Below, piece after piece: positions 45,560 through 55,631 of a stretch of 64,000 bases of DNA; position 1 is the first letter of the stretch; each line of letters begins with the position of its first letter. The notes beneath the pieces are model-generated. The model had not been told where the DNA came from and did not search any database. It saw only the letters and a program-made list of their open reading frames with translations. This DNA comes from an uncultured Candidatus Saccharibacteria bacterium (GTDB lineage Bacteria > Patescibacteriota > Andersenbacteria > UBA10190). The DNA lies in the NCBI GenBank assembly GCA_964450915.1, contig CAYVFG010000003.1:3217-67216 (forward strand), in the 5' to 3' direction. Made by a program: the position numbers and the translations under genes.

Positions 45560-47746
45560 TTATTCTTGCTCGTTCTCTTTGCTGAACTTACACGTTTTGC
45601 TGCTGCAGCGGATCGTATTTTTTGCGCCATACACAAGGAGACTTTCGCATTGCGGGCATTTTTCTCCAGTCGGCTTGCTCCAATATGCATTTTTGCATTC
45701 CGGATATTGATCGCATGCGTAGAATGTTTTGCCGCGTTTGGACTTCTTTTCAATAATACTGCCCTTGCCGCACAGCGGACATTTTACGCCGGTATCTTTA
45801 ACGATCGGCGTAATGTGTTTGCAATCCGGGTATCCGGAACAACCTAGGAAGGCGCCGAAGCGTCCGCGTTTTACTACTAACGGCTTTCCGCAATCTGGGC
45901 ATATTTTGCCGGAATATTCTTCTTCTAGTTTTTTCTCATCACCCATCGGTTCCGTGTGTTTGCATTCCGGGTAGTTGCTGCACGCTTTGAACTTTCCGAA
46001 TCGTCCAAGCTTGATGACGATATCGCTTCCGCATTTCGGGCACTTTTCATCCGTTGCCGTTTGCGTTAAGTCTTCTTTTTTGAGTTCTTTGTTTTTCTCA
46101 CCGATCAATGCGTGGAATGGTCCGTAGAAATCTTTGATGACGGGCTGCCATTTTTTATCTCCGGATGCAACATCGTCCAGACTTGCCTCCATGTTGGCAG
46201 TAAAGTCGATATCCACAATATTGGGAAAGTGTTCTGTAAGTACGCCATTTACCAATGTTCCAATTTCTGTAGGCGCCAGTCGTTTTTCTTCGTTCTTCTC
46301 CACATACCCACGTTTTTGAATAACATCAATCGTTGGCGCATATGTGCTTGGGCGACCAATGCCATGTTCTTCCAATGCCTTTACTAGGGTTGCTTCCGAG
46401 TATCGTGCAGGAGGCTGCGTAAAATGCTGTTCGGGTGCAAGCTTGGATAGTTTGAGTTCATCGCCTTGCGCAAGTTCTGGCAACACGGATTCCTGAAGCG
46501 CTGCCTTCTCGCCGAGTGCGCGTACGAATCCGTCGAATTGCACGGTCATGCCGTTTGCGCGGAATGTATAGTCGTTAGCCGTAATATCGATTGCTGTCTG
46601 GTTGAGTATTGCATCTGCCATTTGAGATGCAATCATGCGCTGCCAAATGAGGCGATACAGTTTGATTTGGCTTGGTTCGAATTCTGCAGAAAGCATGTCT
46701 GGAGTCTTGGATGGGTCGGTAGGGCGGATAGCTTCGTGTGCTTCTTGCGCGCCTTTGGATTTTTTGGAAAATACTCGCGGAGCAGAAAGCGCATAGTTAT
46801 CACCGAATAATGTTTTAATAGTCGTAGCTGCAACAGCAGTAGCCTCTGTTGAAAGGTTTAACGAGTCTGTTCTCATATATGTAATGTGTCCATTTTCATA
46901 CAAACCTTGGGCGATCATCATGGTGCGCTTGCTGGAGAATCCTAGCTGATTAAATGCTGCCTGTTGCAATGTGCTTGTGGTAAACGGTGCGGGCGCCGTT
47001 CGCTTGCGCTGCTTTACTTCGATATTTGAAACAACGTATTTTGCGTCGGATAATTCTTTTTCGATCCCCTGCACTTCTTCTTTTGATGTGATGCCAAGTT
47101 TTGGAATTGCTTTGCCACCTTTCGCTTTAAGCAAACTAGAAAATTCGGTGCCTTCTTTTTTTACTAATGCTTCAAGTGTCCAATATTCATCTGATTTGAA
47201 CGCATTGATTTCTTCTTCTCGCTGCACAATAAGCCTTACCGCAACGGATTGTACGCGCCCTGCAGACAGGCCTCGGCGCACTTTATTCCAAAGAAGAGGG
47301 GAGAGTTCGTATCCAACCAATCTATCTAATACCCTGCGGGCTTGCTGTGCATCTACGAGGTTAATGTCGAGCTCTCGCGGATTTTGGATCGCGTTTTGGA
47401 TGGCTGTTTTTGTAATTTCGTGGAATGTAATGCGCTTTGCCTTTTCGGGCTTTGGCGCAAGTACCTCGTATAAATGCCAGGCAATTGCTTCTCCTTCACG
47501 ATCTTCGTCAGTTGCAAAGTAGATGATATCTGCTTTAGACGCATATTTTTTTAACTCCTTAATCCGTTCTTCTGCTTTCTCTGGAATAATATAGGTAGGA
47601 ACGAAATTCTTTTTTACATCAACGCCGATTTTGGACTTTGGTAAATCGCGGACATGGCCATAGCTGCTTTTTACGACAAAGCCCTTGCCGAGATATTTCT
47701 GAATTGTTTTCGCCTTTGCGGGCGACTCCACAATCACTAAGTTCAT
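45560..47746 (-). CDS. topA: DNA topoisomerase I
   Basis: TOPRIM N-terminus MNLVIVESPAKAKTIQKYLG, catalytic Tyr region, four C-terminal C4 zinc ribbons. Confidence 0.9.
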   Translation of the reverse strand: MNLVIVESPAKAKTIQKYLGKGFVVKSSYGHVRDLPKSKIGVDVKKNFVPTYIIPEKAEERIKELKKYASKADIIYFATDEDREGEAIAWHLYEVLAPKPEKAKRITFHEITKTAIQNAIQNPRELDINLVDAQQARRVLDRLVGYELSPLLWNKVRRGLSAGRVQSVAVRLIVQREEEINAFKSDEYWTLEALVKKEGTEFSSLLKAKGGKAIPKLGITSKEEVQGIEKELSDAKYVVSNIEVKQRKRTAPAPFTTSTLQQAAFNQLGFSSKRTMMIAQGLYENGHITYMRTDSLNLSTEATAVAATTIKTLFGDNYALSAPRVFSKKSKGAQEAHEAIRPTDPSKTPDMLSAEFEPSQIKLYRLIWQRMIASQMADAILNQTAIDITANDYTFRANGMTVQFDGFVRALGEKAALQESVLPELAQGDELKLSKLAPEQHFTQPPARYSEATLVKALEEHGIGRPSTYAPTIDVIQKRGYVEKNEEKRLAPTEIGTLVNGVLTEHFPNIVDIDFTANMEASLDDVASGDKKWQPVIKDFYGPFHALIGEKNKELKKEDLTQTATDEKCPKCGSDIVIKLGRFGKFKACSNYPECKHTEPMGDEKKLEEEYSGKICPDCGKPLVVKRGRFGAFLGCSGYPDCKHITPIVKDTGVKCPLCGKGSIIEKKSKRGKTFYACDQYPECKNAYWSKPTGEKCPQCESLLVYGAKNTIRCSSKTCKFSKENEQE

Positions 47747-47789
47747 ATGTGGGCAGTAAACAGGGAAACGGATGTAATGTCAAAATTAT

Positions 47790-48677
47790 TTATATTTTCT
47801 TCACGTATTGCATTCCCCCAACATGTTCCACAACTCCAATCATTTCCAGTTCTGAAATGCCTGCTGAAGCATCTTGGATAGACATATCGCAAAGTACGGC
47901 GAGGTCTTCTATGTGAAGTGGGTCTGAGGATAGCTTGGTTACCATTATTTTCAATTCCTTTCGAATTGGTTCATGGGTGAGCGTTTCTGAATCACTTTCA
48001 GATAATTCAAATCGTGTAAGAATGTCTGTGCTATCGAGCACCATGCCTGCGCCATCCCTAATGAGCATATTTGTCCCTTCGCATGCAGGGTCGGTGATGG
48101 GGCCAGGGATTGCCAAGACGTCCCGATTTTCTTCCATTGCCAAGCGGGCTGTAATAAGCGATCCAGAGCGCTTTGCCGCTTGTATAATGAGTGTTGCCTT
48201 GCATAGCCCGGCAATGATGCGGTTGCGGGCGGGGAAATTGCCTAAATATGCAGGCGTGCCGGGTTCATACTCTGAAATAATCGCCCCGCCTGTTTTTAGA
48301 ATTTCTTGTGCAATAGTTTTATTGCCTCGCGGATAGAGCGACTTGTCATCTACGCCAGAGCCTAATACGGCAATGGTCGGCATGTTTTGGTCGACACAAA
48401 TTCTGTGTGCAAATGTATCTATTCCGTACGCCATTCCGGAAACTAACGTAACACCGGCGCGTACGCATGGTGGCAATAACGATGCGCATGCTTGGCGGCC
48501 GTACATCGTCGCCTTTCTGCTACCAACAACTCCTAGTAAGAATTCCGAAGATAGTATTTCTTTGTTCCCTCGTATATATAACTGCTCCGGCGCCTTATGA
48601 ATCTCGCGCAATAATGCAGGATATTCTTCATCTGCAAATTTGATAACAGAGATATCATCTCTCATGCTCTTATTCAA
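47790..48677 (-). CDS. dprA: DNA processing protein DprA (Smf)
   Basis: Rossmann-like DprA core (VVGSRKATMYGRQ...VSGMAYGIDTFAHR) and C-terminal winged-helix-like tail. Confidence 0.85.
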   Translation of the reverse strand: MNKSMRDDISVIKFADEEYPALLREIHKAPEQLYIRGNKEILSSEFLLGVVGSRKATMYGRQACASLLPPCVRAGVTLVSGMAYGIDTFAHRICVDQNMPTIAVLGSGVDDKSLYPRGNKTIAQEILKTGGAIISEYEPGTPAYLGNFPARNRIIAGLCKATLIIQAAKRSGSLITARLAMEENRDVLAIPGPITDPACEGTNMLIRDGAGMVLDSTDILTRFELSESDSETLTHEPIRKELKIMVTKLSSDPLHIEDLAVLCDMSIQDASAGISELEMIGVVEHVGGMQYVKKI

Positions 48678-48685
48678 CCATATTT

Positions 48686-51604
48686 TTATTCGGCAAGCGA
48701 GGAAATTATTTGTTGTATCAATTCAGGCGTTATTGTATCGGTGTCCCAAGAGATCGTGCTTTCGCGTGCTTGCCAGCGGGCTGGTGTGCCGTTTTGATTT
48801 TTTATTGCAGATAATTTTTCGAGGATTTTAACTGGATCTTTTCCGGTTACCAGTAATCGAACGTACGGATCTTCGTCGTTTGGTCGAATTGTTTTTGTCT
48901 GCATTGCGGTAATTCCGCACGCTGTTGCGGCCTTTTCCAGCTGAATCATGAGCGACAAATTTTGCACTTCTTCAGGAATTGCTCCAAATTCTTCTTTCAA
49001 ATTTTTTATATAATTTTGTAATTGTTCAACTGACTTCGATCGAGAGAGGCGAATGTACCACATTGTTCTGGTGTCGGTATCTGGAATAAAGCTTGCAGGA
49101 ATATATGCGGGCAGCATTGTATGGATGTCTGCGCGTTGTATTTCTGTCTCTCCCGCATCATCAACCATATCGAGATACATATACATGCCGACTGCCGACG
49201 CAGAACCGCTTTGCTCGGCGCCCATTAGATTGCCCGCACCGCGCAACTCCAAATCTCGTCGTGCAATATCCCAGCCGGAACCTTGGCGAGTGGATTCCGT
49301 GAGGGCTGTTAAGCGCTGACGTTGCATGTCTGTTAATTTTTCTTGGGAGTATAGAAACAATGCATGACCTTGTCTTGAGCGTCTTCCGATTCTTCCTCGC
49401 AATTGATACAGCTGCGCTAATCCGAAGTGCGGAGCATTCCAAACAATCATCGTATTTGCATTTGGTAAATCCAAGCCGTTTTCAACGATACTGGATGAAA
49501 TCAAGATATCCAGTTGGTGTGTGTCAAATGCGTGAATGATTGCGCTCAGCTTTTCGTCGGGGAGCTTGGCATGTGCAATGGCGATGCGCGCATGGGGTGC
49601 AAGTGCTTGAATGGTCTCTTTAATCATCGCAAGGTTTCTAATCTTAGAAGAAACGATATATATTTGCCCGTCTCTATCTAATTCTTGAAATAATGCTTGG
49701 GTAAGCGCGCTATCTGAAACTTTTTTAATACTCGTTTCGATATTCTTTCTGCCTTTTGGAGCTGTTGCAATAACAGAGAGGCTTCGAAGGCCGGACAATG
49801 CCATGGATAGTGTTCGTGGAATCGGCGTTGCCGAAAGCGAGAGAACGTCGATAGTTGATCGCATCTTTTTTAAGTGCTCTTTATGCTTTACGCCGAATTT
49901 TTGTTCTTCGTCGATGATGAGCAAGGATAGATTTTGCCACGGGATGGAATTGCTCAGTATTGCATGTGTTCCAATGACGATAACAGGTTTGCCATCCGAA
50001 ATAATTTGCTTTGCTTTTTTTATTTCTTTTTGCGAAGAAAATCGTGAAATTAAAAAGATGGAATCCGATATATCGGATAAGCGTTCTTTAAATGTATCCG
50101 CATGCTGCTGGACTAACAGCGTTGTTGGTGCAAGCAGAGCGATTTGCTTGCCATTTGCGAATGCATGGCGGGCTGCGCGCATGGCAAGTTCCGTTTTTCC
50201 GAACCCAACGTCGCCGACCATGAGCCTATCCATGGGTATATCTTTTTGCATGTCTGATTGAATATCTTGCCAGGTGGTTGCTTGGTCTGGCGTCATTTCA
50301 TACGGAAAAGTCTCGTCGAGCTTTTTCTCGATAGTTGCATCTATATAATACGGGCTTCGTTTCGCCTTCTCGCGTTCTTTATTGATTGCGATAAGTTCTT
50401 TTGCGAATACAGCAGCATCGTGTTGCGCTTTTTTCTTTGTTTTTTGCCATAGGGTACCGCCTAAGCGATACAGTGCGGGCGAGCTTTCTCCTATATATGG
50501 GGATACTTTATGCGCAAACGCTACGGGTACGGAAAGCGTATCGCCGTCTGCATAACGCAACACAATATATTCTTGTTCCGCATTGTCTAACATCCTTTTT
50601 TCTAGCCCCTCAAATATTCCGATACCATGGTCTGCGTGCACTGCCGGCCTGCCGGGAGTAAGCGCTCCGATCAATTCCAGCGCTCGCTCTTGCGATATTG
50701 GCGATGAGTACGTCTTCGAAGATTTGCTGATAGCTCCAGGGATTACGGGCATTTGAATTTCTTGCAATCGTGTTGGTAGTATAATGTCCGGATGTTTTGA
50801 AGCTGTAATAATAGTTGTTGCAGTAGGGAAGTGCGCTTGCTGAGGAGCTATAACAACAAATTTTTTAAATGCTGTTTCAAGCTTTTCTGTTTTTTGTGGG
50901 AATGAGAGCGGAGGAATTGCAACGGAGTGTTCGTTTTTTGCACGATTCTTTTTTCGAACAATAATTTTATCAATCGTATTCCCAAAAAAAGAAATAGAAA
51001 TAGGATGCTCAAAAAGAGGATGCGAGATGCGCGCTTCATCTCCTATAATATAAAATCCGGACCCGGCTTGTTTGCTGCTGTGGCGAATATATCCTGTTGA
51101 TACTAATGTTTTTGCAAGTTCTGTAATGGAGTACGTTTGGCCGAGAGTGAGATGAAGGATGCGTGCTTGATATTCTTCGCTGCTCGGAAATTGCATGTCT
51201 GCAATACTTTTCGGAACATAGTATGATCTGGGGAGATTACTAAGGAGCGCATGAGCGGATGTTGAGAGTTTTGTAGATATAGTACCGTCCAGTTCTTGCT
51301 CTGTGAGCTGGTCGGTGATGATATGTTCTATTCCCCATTGTTCTGCCGAATGGGTCTCGGTATGCGAGCTTATGAGCGCAATAGGAGAAGTGATTTTGCC
51401 CGAAATCGTGCTTGCGAACATCATATTGAGATTTTCGGGTATAGAAACGAGCACCTTTTCAGGGGAAATTGTCAGTTCCGTTGAGACGTCATGCAGAAAC
51501 TCCTCCCATTCTGGTTGGTATTTTGTCAAAATGCTTTGACAAAATTGAGATAGGCCTATGATTGACATTCTTATATTGTTACTGTACATTCTGTTTTCAA
51601 GCAA
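48686..51604 (-). CDS. mfd: transcription-repair coupling factor Mfd (compact form)
   Basis: RNAP-interacting domain, DEAD/DEAH helicase motifs (GDVGFGKTELAMRAA, TATPIPRTL), TRG motif, C-terminal D7. The start is uncertain and may be an internal ATG near 51424, which would leave the 51521-51544 palindrome intergenic. Confidence 0.8.
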   Translation of the reverse strand: MLENRMYSNNIRMSIIGLSQFCQSILTKYQPEWEEFLHDVSTELTISPEKVLVSIPENLNMMFASTISGKITSPIALISSHTETHSAEQWGIEHIITDQLTEQELDGTISTKLSTSAHALLSNLPRSYYVPKSIADMQFPSSEEYQARILHLTLGQTYSITELAKTLVSTGYIRHSSKQAGSGFYIIGDEARISHPLFEHPISISFFGNTIDKIIVRKKNRAKNEHSVAIPPLSFPQKTEKLETAFKKFVVIAPQQAHFPTATTIITASKHPDIILPTRLQEIQMPVIPGAISKSSKTYSSPISQERALELIGALTPGRPAVHADHGIGIFEGLEKRMLDNAEQEYIVLRYADGDTLSVPVAFAHKVSPYIGESSPALYRLGGTLWQKTKKKAQHDAAVFAKELIAINKEREKAKRSPYYIDATIEKKLDETFPYEMTPDQATTWQDIQSDMQKDIPMDRLMVGDVGFGKTELAMRAARHAFANGKQIALLAPTTLLVQQHADTFKERLSDISDSIFLISRFSSQKEIKKAKQIISDGKPVIVIGTHAILSNSIPWQNLSLLIIDEEQKFGVKHKEHLKKMRSTIDVLSLSATPIPRTLSMALSGLRSLSVIATAPKGRKNIETSIKKVSDSALTQALFQELDRDGQIYIVSSKIRNLAMIKETIQALAPHARIAIAHAKLPDEKLSAIIHAFDTHQLDILISSSIVENGLDLPNANTMIVWNAPHFGLAQLYQLRGRIGRRSRQGHALFLYSQEKLTDMQRQRLTALTESTRQGSGWDIARRDLELRGAGNLMGAEQSGSASAVGMYMYLDMVDDAGETEIQRADIHTMLPAYIPASFIPDTDTRTMWYIRLSRSKSVEQLQNYIKNLKEEFGAIPEEVQNLSLMIQLEKAATACGITAMQTKTIRPNDEDPYVRLLVTGKDPVKILEKLSAIKNQNGTPARWQARESTISWDTDTITPELIQQIISSLAE
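51521..51544. promoter_or_regulatory. 10-4-10 palindrome TTTTGTCAAA-atgc-TTTGACAAAA in the mfd/trmB-like divergent region
   Basis: Perfect inverted repeat with half-sites identical to the element at 22757-22780. Followed by TTGACA-17-TACATT promoter-like spacing before the 51612 ATG. Confidence 0.5.
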
Positions 51605-51611
51605 CCCCCCT

Positions 51612-52394
51612 ATGGAATTTATCCAAGAATTAATGAGCTTAGGTTTGAAGGATAAGCAAGCATCCGTCTATCTTTCGTGTCTGCAATTAGGGCCTTCTCC
51701 TGCCCAGTATATAGCAAAAAAGGCTGACGTAGTGAGAGCTACGACGTACGTGATCTTAGAAGAGCTGATGGCGTTAGGGCTTGTGACGAAATACAAGGAA
51801 GGGAAGAAGACCATGTTTTCCGCAGAAGCGCCTCGGCAATTATTGCGACTACTCGAAAAGCAAGAAGAGGAAATCCAAGAAAAACAAAAAGATTTGGAGC
51901 AAATTTTGCCAGAATTGCAGATGCTTACAAAGGCACTAGGCGACAAACCGTCAGTTCGATACTTCGAGGGGAAAGAGGGTTTAGCTGCAATTCGAAGAGA
52001 TTTGGTTATGTATTCACGCCCAGAGGATACCATCTACAATTTTACTCCTGCTGACCATCTTGTGGGCGTTTTCCCCGATGACGAGCATACGAACTATGTG
52101 CAGCGTGTTGCGAAAGGAATTAAAGGTAAAACGATATTTTCCACAACTTCTGAACAATTGAGAAAGTATTGGTCATCTCAGGAGTTTAGTCGACATACAG
52201 AACGAAGGTATGTTCCGCATAATAAGTTTCCTGTTCCAGCAGGCATGACGATTTATCGAGACAGGGTTGCTATTGGATCGTTTACTGGTAAATTGTTTGG
52301 TGTAATCATCGAAAGCGAGCAAATGGCAAACATGATGCGAGCGCTGTTTGATCTTGCTTGGGAGTCTGCAAAAAGCATTGACGAAAAAGAATAA
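51612..52394 (+). CDS. TrmB-family transcriptional regulator
   Basis: N-terminal winged HTH (LGLKDKQASVYLSCLQLGPSPAQYIAKKADVVRATTYVILEELMALGLV) plus C-terminal sensor-like domain. Start at MEFIQ. Confidence 0.7.
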   Translation: MEFIQELMSLGLKDKQASVYLSCLQLGPSPAQYIAKKADVVRATTYVILEELMALGLVTKYKEGKKTMFSAEAPRQLLRLLEKQEEEIQEKQKDLEQILPELQMLTKALGDKPSVRYFEGKEGLAAIRRDLVMYSRPEDTIYNFTPADHLVGVFPDDEHTNYVQRVAKGIKGKTIFSTTSEQLRKYWSSQEFSRHTERRYVPHNKFPVPAGMTIYRDRVAIGSFTGKLFGVIIESEQMANMMRALFDLAWESAKSIDEKE

Positions 52395-52636
52395 ATAGAT
52401 TAAACTCTAAGTATTCGATTGGGAATTCTCGAGAACCTAAATCGGATTATCAGGGGGTAATTCTCTGATATAGGGCGTCGTTACTAGGCCGAATTCTTTG
52501 GAGGAGGAAATGCGTCATGACCCATTGACCGTATCCGTCTCTTCACGGAAGAAGAGACCAGCGACCCGAGCAGGAGTGCACATTTCATAAGTTCGCTTGA
52601 TGCGTTACGCGAACTTGCACAGAGTTTCAGACTCGA

Positions 52637-52672
52637 CCCGATTGAGACCTTCTGGTTTCATCGGGTTTTTTC
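52637..52672 (+). terminator. rho-independent terminator
   Basis: CCCGAT-tgagaccttctggtttc-ATCGGG followed by TTTTTT. Confidence 0.7.
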
Positions 52673-52700
52673 TTGCATATTCTACATAAAGTGTTATAGT
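52673..52700 (+). promoter_or_regulatory. sigma-70-type promoter TTGCAT-16-TATAGT
   Basis: -35 at 52673-52678, -10 at 52695-52700. Confidence 0.6.
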
Positions 52701-52703
52701 AGC

Positions 52704-52812
52704 GGCTCCTGCTCCAAAGCGGTAAACGCAGGGTACCTTGGAAGGTGCTCGCCGCTTTGTAAGGGGGGGCCCGGGGCGCAGCACATGTTGCGCTTCCGGG
52801 TCTTTTTCTTTT
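52704..52812 (+). ncRNA. ffs: candidate 4.5S/SRP RNA (small bacterial type)
   Basis: ~105-nt hairpin RNA bounded by promoter and terminator. 5' GGCUCC...AAAGCGG pairs with 3' CCGCUUU...GGGGGGGCC. Apical region CAGGGUACCUU-GGAA-GGUGCUCGCC resembles the SRP helix 8 pattern CAGGUCAGGUCC-GGAA-GGAAGCAGCC. Ends in a CCCGG...CCGGG hairpin plus U-run. Confidence 0.45.
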
Positions 52813-52967
52813 GACACGCTTTTCTGTTTCAAGGTACATTTATGAGTCCTTTTCACTATTGTCATCATCGTTCTGCCAGTTAAGAATATTTCACTGGAAT
52901 CACCCCCTCCTAGATTCCAGGAGATACCTTGCTGGCGGAACATTGCGGACAATAGTACGATAAAGCG

Positions 52968-53540
52968 ATGAAGCACGTTTTAGTTGTTGCATTAGGAAAT
53001 CCTGGGGAAAAATTTAAGAATACGCGGCACAATCTTGGCCAGGATACTGTGTTGAGCTGGGTTGAGTTGATGCGAGAAAAGGGTGCAGATGTGCAGGCGG
53101 TCCAATCAAAAGAGTCGTTGCACTCGCGTATTCAGGAGGTTGTTTTTAATAATGCAAAGATAACTGTTTTATATCCGGATGTATTTATGAATGAGTCCGG
53201 GAAAGCGGTGATGCAATATCTGCGATATAACGAAGTTGATCATGAGAATATTCTTATTGTTCATGATGATTTGGAATTGCCATTAGGCGAGGCGAGGTTG
53301 CAAGAATCCGGAAGCGCAAAAGGGCATAACGGCGTTCGCAGTATTCATGAATATGCAGGAACATTAGATATTCCAAGATTGCGAATTGGTATTGGGCGGC
53401 CAGAAGATCAGAAACCTATTGATGTGTTTGTGCTCGAAAGGTTTACAGAGCAAGAGCGAATGATTTTAGATAGCAAGAAGCAAGGCGTGCTCGATGCGAT
53501 AACTGAGGCTATTGCTGCACCTGGTCTGATCCGACGATAA
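52968..53540 (+). CDS. pth: peptidyl-tRNA hydrolase
   Basis: MKHVLVVALGNPGEKFKNTRHNLG N-terminal signature, catalytic His and Asp. Confidence 0.9.
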   Translation: MKHVLVVALGNPGEKFKNTRHNLGQDTVLSWVELMREKGADVQAVQSKESLHSRIQEVVFNNAKITVLYPDVFMNESGKAVMQYLRYNEVDHENILIVHDDLELPLGEARLQESGSAKGHNGVRSIHEYAGTLDIPRLRIGIGRPEDQKPIDVFVLERFTEQERMILDSKKQGVLDAITEAIAAPGLIRR

Positions 53541-54966
53541 CAAGTATATCTGCTTTTGTTTTCGCTTCCGCAGATGGGATATCTGTTGCAGACGATGCGT
53601 TTAGGCTGGATGCGATTTTCGTAGCATCGTCAGACTGGGTGACATTCGGAGAGTACACCGTTGTTTTTGTTATTGTTTTTGAAGCGGCATTGCCTGTCGC
53701 AATAACCTTATACCCGAGCCCTTTGAGTTTTGTTGCCGTTTTTCCTGCAAGGCCGGTGGTGCTTGTTCCGTTTCGAACTTCGATTGTGGCAGAGGAGGAT
53801 GTTGGAGTCGAGCTTGCGTTTGGAGTGGGTGATGCTGACGGAGAAATGCTTGGAATAATATCTCCATTCGCATCAATATTATGTACGGTTGTATCTGCTT
53901 GATTCGCAGCTAAGTCCGTCCCTGTTGATGACGCGAACATATTTTGTGCCAGTGTTTTGATTTCTGAAAAATCTCCTGTTCGTGTTTTTAATACAGATGC
54001 GGGAACACCGCCGAGCATTACGGTGTCGCTTTTTAAGATGCCGTTCGGACCAGTGCTCATGACATCGGATTTGTAGCTCGAAGGGTCGATCTGGCGGAAC
54101 AATTCAAAAAATCGTTTCATTTCCCATGTCTGCATGTCTGTTCGAATATTTTCAGACAAAGACGAAAATATTCCGCTGATCGCATTGAAATCAAGCGCAG
54201 TCGATACGGAGAATACTTTGTCGCGGATCGCAAGAACCACTTGTTGCTGTCGCGCGGTGCGCTTAAAGTCTCCTCCCTCGGGGCCTTCTACATATCGAGC
54301 TCGGACGTACGCAAGCGCCCTATCCCCGTTCATTGTTTCTGTTCCGGCAGGGAAGGCGATTTTGTGCCAGTAGTCAAAAAATCCATTATCAATTTTGATA
54401 TTGACGCCGCCCACTGCGTCCACGATCTTTTTAAATGCGGTAAAGTCTACTCGGGCATAATAATCCATTTTAAGTCCGGTAATCTCCTCTACTTTTTGTT
54501 CAAGCAAGGAAGCTCCGCTTCCCGGTTTTGCCGCTTCTCCGTATGCGTTCACTGCATTTAATTTAGAGTAGAACTGCTGGCCCGGCACTTGCACGTATAG
54601 GTCGCGCGGAAGGGAGAGGAGAGAAATCTTTTTCTCCTTTGGTTGAATGCTCGCGATCATAATAGTGTCGGTAAGGTTCGGCCCGTCGTGTCCGTCTCCT
54701 CCAATTGCCATAAGAAGGATATTGATTCGGTCCTCCTGTTCGCCTTTTAATTTGTTGCCTGATTTAAAGAGGAGATCTGAAAGTTGTCCGAAGATTGTTT
54801 GGTTTGCAGTGCTGATACTGTTGCTGGCAGAAAGAATCTTATATCCAAATACTCCTGCGCCAGTTAAAATGAAAATAACGAGAACTATAAGGATGGCTCG
54901 CGTAATACGAAATGCTTTTGAATGCCCTTTATGTGGTTCTTCCATGTCTTGCATATCATACTGCAT
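53509..54966 (-). CDS. LCP (LytR-CpsA-Psr) family cell-envelope phosphotransferase with C-terminal LytR_C-like domain
   Basis: N-terminal TM, RINILLMAIGGDGHDGPNLTDTIMIASI core, Ser/Thr/Pro-rich linker, LytR_C-like tail. The 3' end overlaps pth by 32 nt (convergent). Confidence 0.8.
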   Translation of the reverse strand: MQYDMQDMEEPHKGHSKAFRITRAILIVLVIFILTGAGVFGYKILSASNSISTANQTIFGQLSDLLFKSGNKLKGEQEDRINILLMAIGGDGHDGPNLTDTIMIASIQPKEKKISLLSLPRDLYVQVPGQQFYSKLNAVNAYGEAAKPGSGASLLEQKVEEITGLKMDYYARVDFTAFKKIVDAVGGVNIKIDNGFFDYWHKIAFPAGTETMNGDRALAYVRARYVEGPEGGDFKRTARQQQVVLAIRDKVFSVSTALDFNAISGIFSSLSENIRTDMQTWEMKRFFELFRQIDPSSYKSDVMSTGPNGILKSDTVMLGGVPASVLKTRTGDFSEIKTLAQNMFASSTGTDLAANQADTTVHNIDANGDIIPSISPSASPTPNASSTPTSSSATIEVRNGTSTTGLAGKTATKLKGLGYKVIATGNAASKTITKTTVYSPNVTQSDDATKIASSLNASSATDIPSAEAKTKADILVIVGSDQVQQ

Positions 54967-54984
54967 CCTAGTAAACTTGCCAAT

Positions 54985-55590
54985 ATGGATGAACAGTCGT
55001 TTGAGAATCGGTCTCTCGTGTGGGTAGTAGGCTCATTCTTTTGGGAGTTACTGAAAGCGTTTTTGTTAGCAATGGTCATTATCGTGCCGATTCGATACTT
55101 CATTGCACAGCCATTTTTCGTTCGCGGTGCATCAATGGAGCCCAACTTTCATAATGGTGAATATCTTGTGATCGATCAGTTGTCGTACCGATTAAGTCAG
55201 CCGAAGAGAGATGATATTATTGTGTTCCGATACCCACTCGATGAGTCGCAATTTTTTATTAAAAGAATTATCGGGTTGCCAGGCGACGAAGTTATCATCG
55301 ATAATTCGCAGATCGAAATAAAGAATGCCGCATATCCGAACGGAGTGTTATTGAACGAGTCTCAGTACCTATCGCCTGAGGTTACTACGGGTGGCCAGGT
55401 AGATGTTCGTTTGGGCAGCGACGAGTATTTTGTGTTAGGGGATAATCGTCCGTCCAGTTCCGACTCGAGAGTGTGGGGGCTAGTGAAGAGAAGTGAGATA
55501 GTCGGGAGAGTCTGGGTTCGTGCGTGGCCACTTGATCGTCTTGCGACATTCCATTCATTGGTGCCAAGTTTCGTGTCCCCTCAATCATAG
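54985..55590 (+). CDS. lepB: signal peptidase I
   Basis: GASMEPNF (catalytic Ser box), catalytic Lys, GDNRPSSSDSRVWGLV box E. Start at MDEQSF. Confidence 0.85.
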   Translation: MDEQSFENRSLVWVVGSFFWELLKAFLLAMVIIVPIRYFIAQPFFVRGASMEPNFHNGEYLVIDQLSYRLSQPKRDDIIVFRYPLDESQFFIKRIIGLPGDEVIIDNSQIEIKNAAYPNGVLLNESQYLSPEVTTGGQVDVRLGSDEYFVLGDNRPSSSDSRVWGLVKRSEIVGRVWVRAWPLDRLATFHSLVPSFVSPQS

Positions 55591-55592
55591 GC

Positions 55593-55621
55593 TTGATTTT
55601 TACCTCGTTCATCGCTATAAT
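55593..55621 (+). promoter_or_regulatory. consensus sigma-70 promoter TTGATT-17-TATAAT abutting the hisS start (leaderless or very short leader)
   Basis: -10 ends 10 nt before the hisS ATG at 55632. No SD possible. Confidence 0.55.
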
Positions 55622-55631
55622 GAGCATTCAT

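Noticed and set aside
52704-52812. Reading the 52.7-kb hairpin RNA as a 6S RNA or a pth leader/attenuator
   Set aside because: It is too short for 6S and it has its own consensus promoter and terminator. A GGAA tetraloop with flanking CAGG / GCnCGCC fits SRP RNA better, but this remains unconfirmed.
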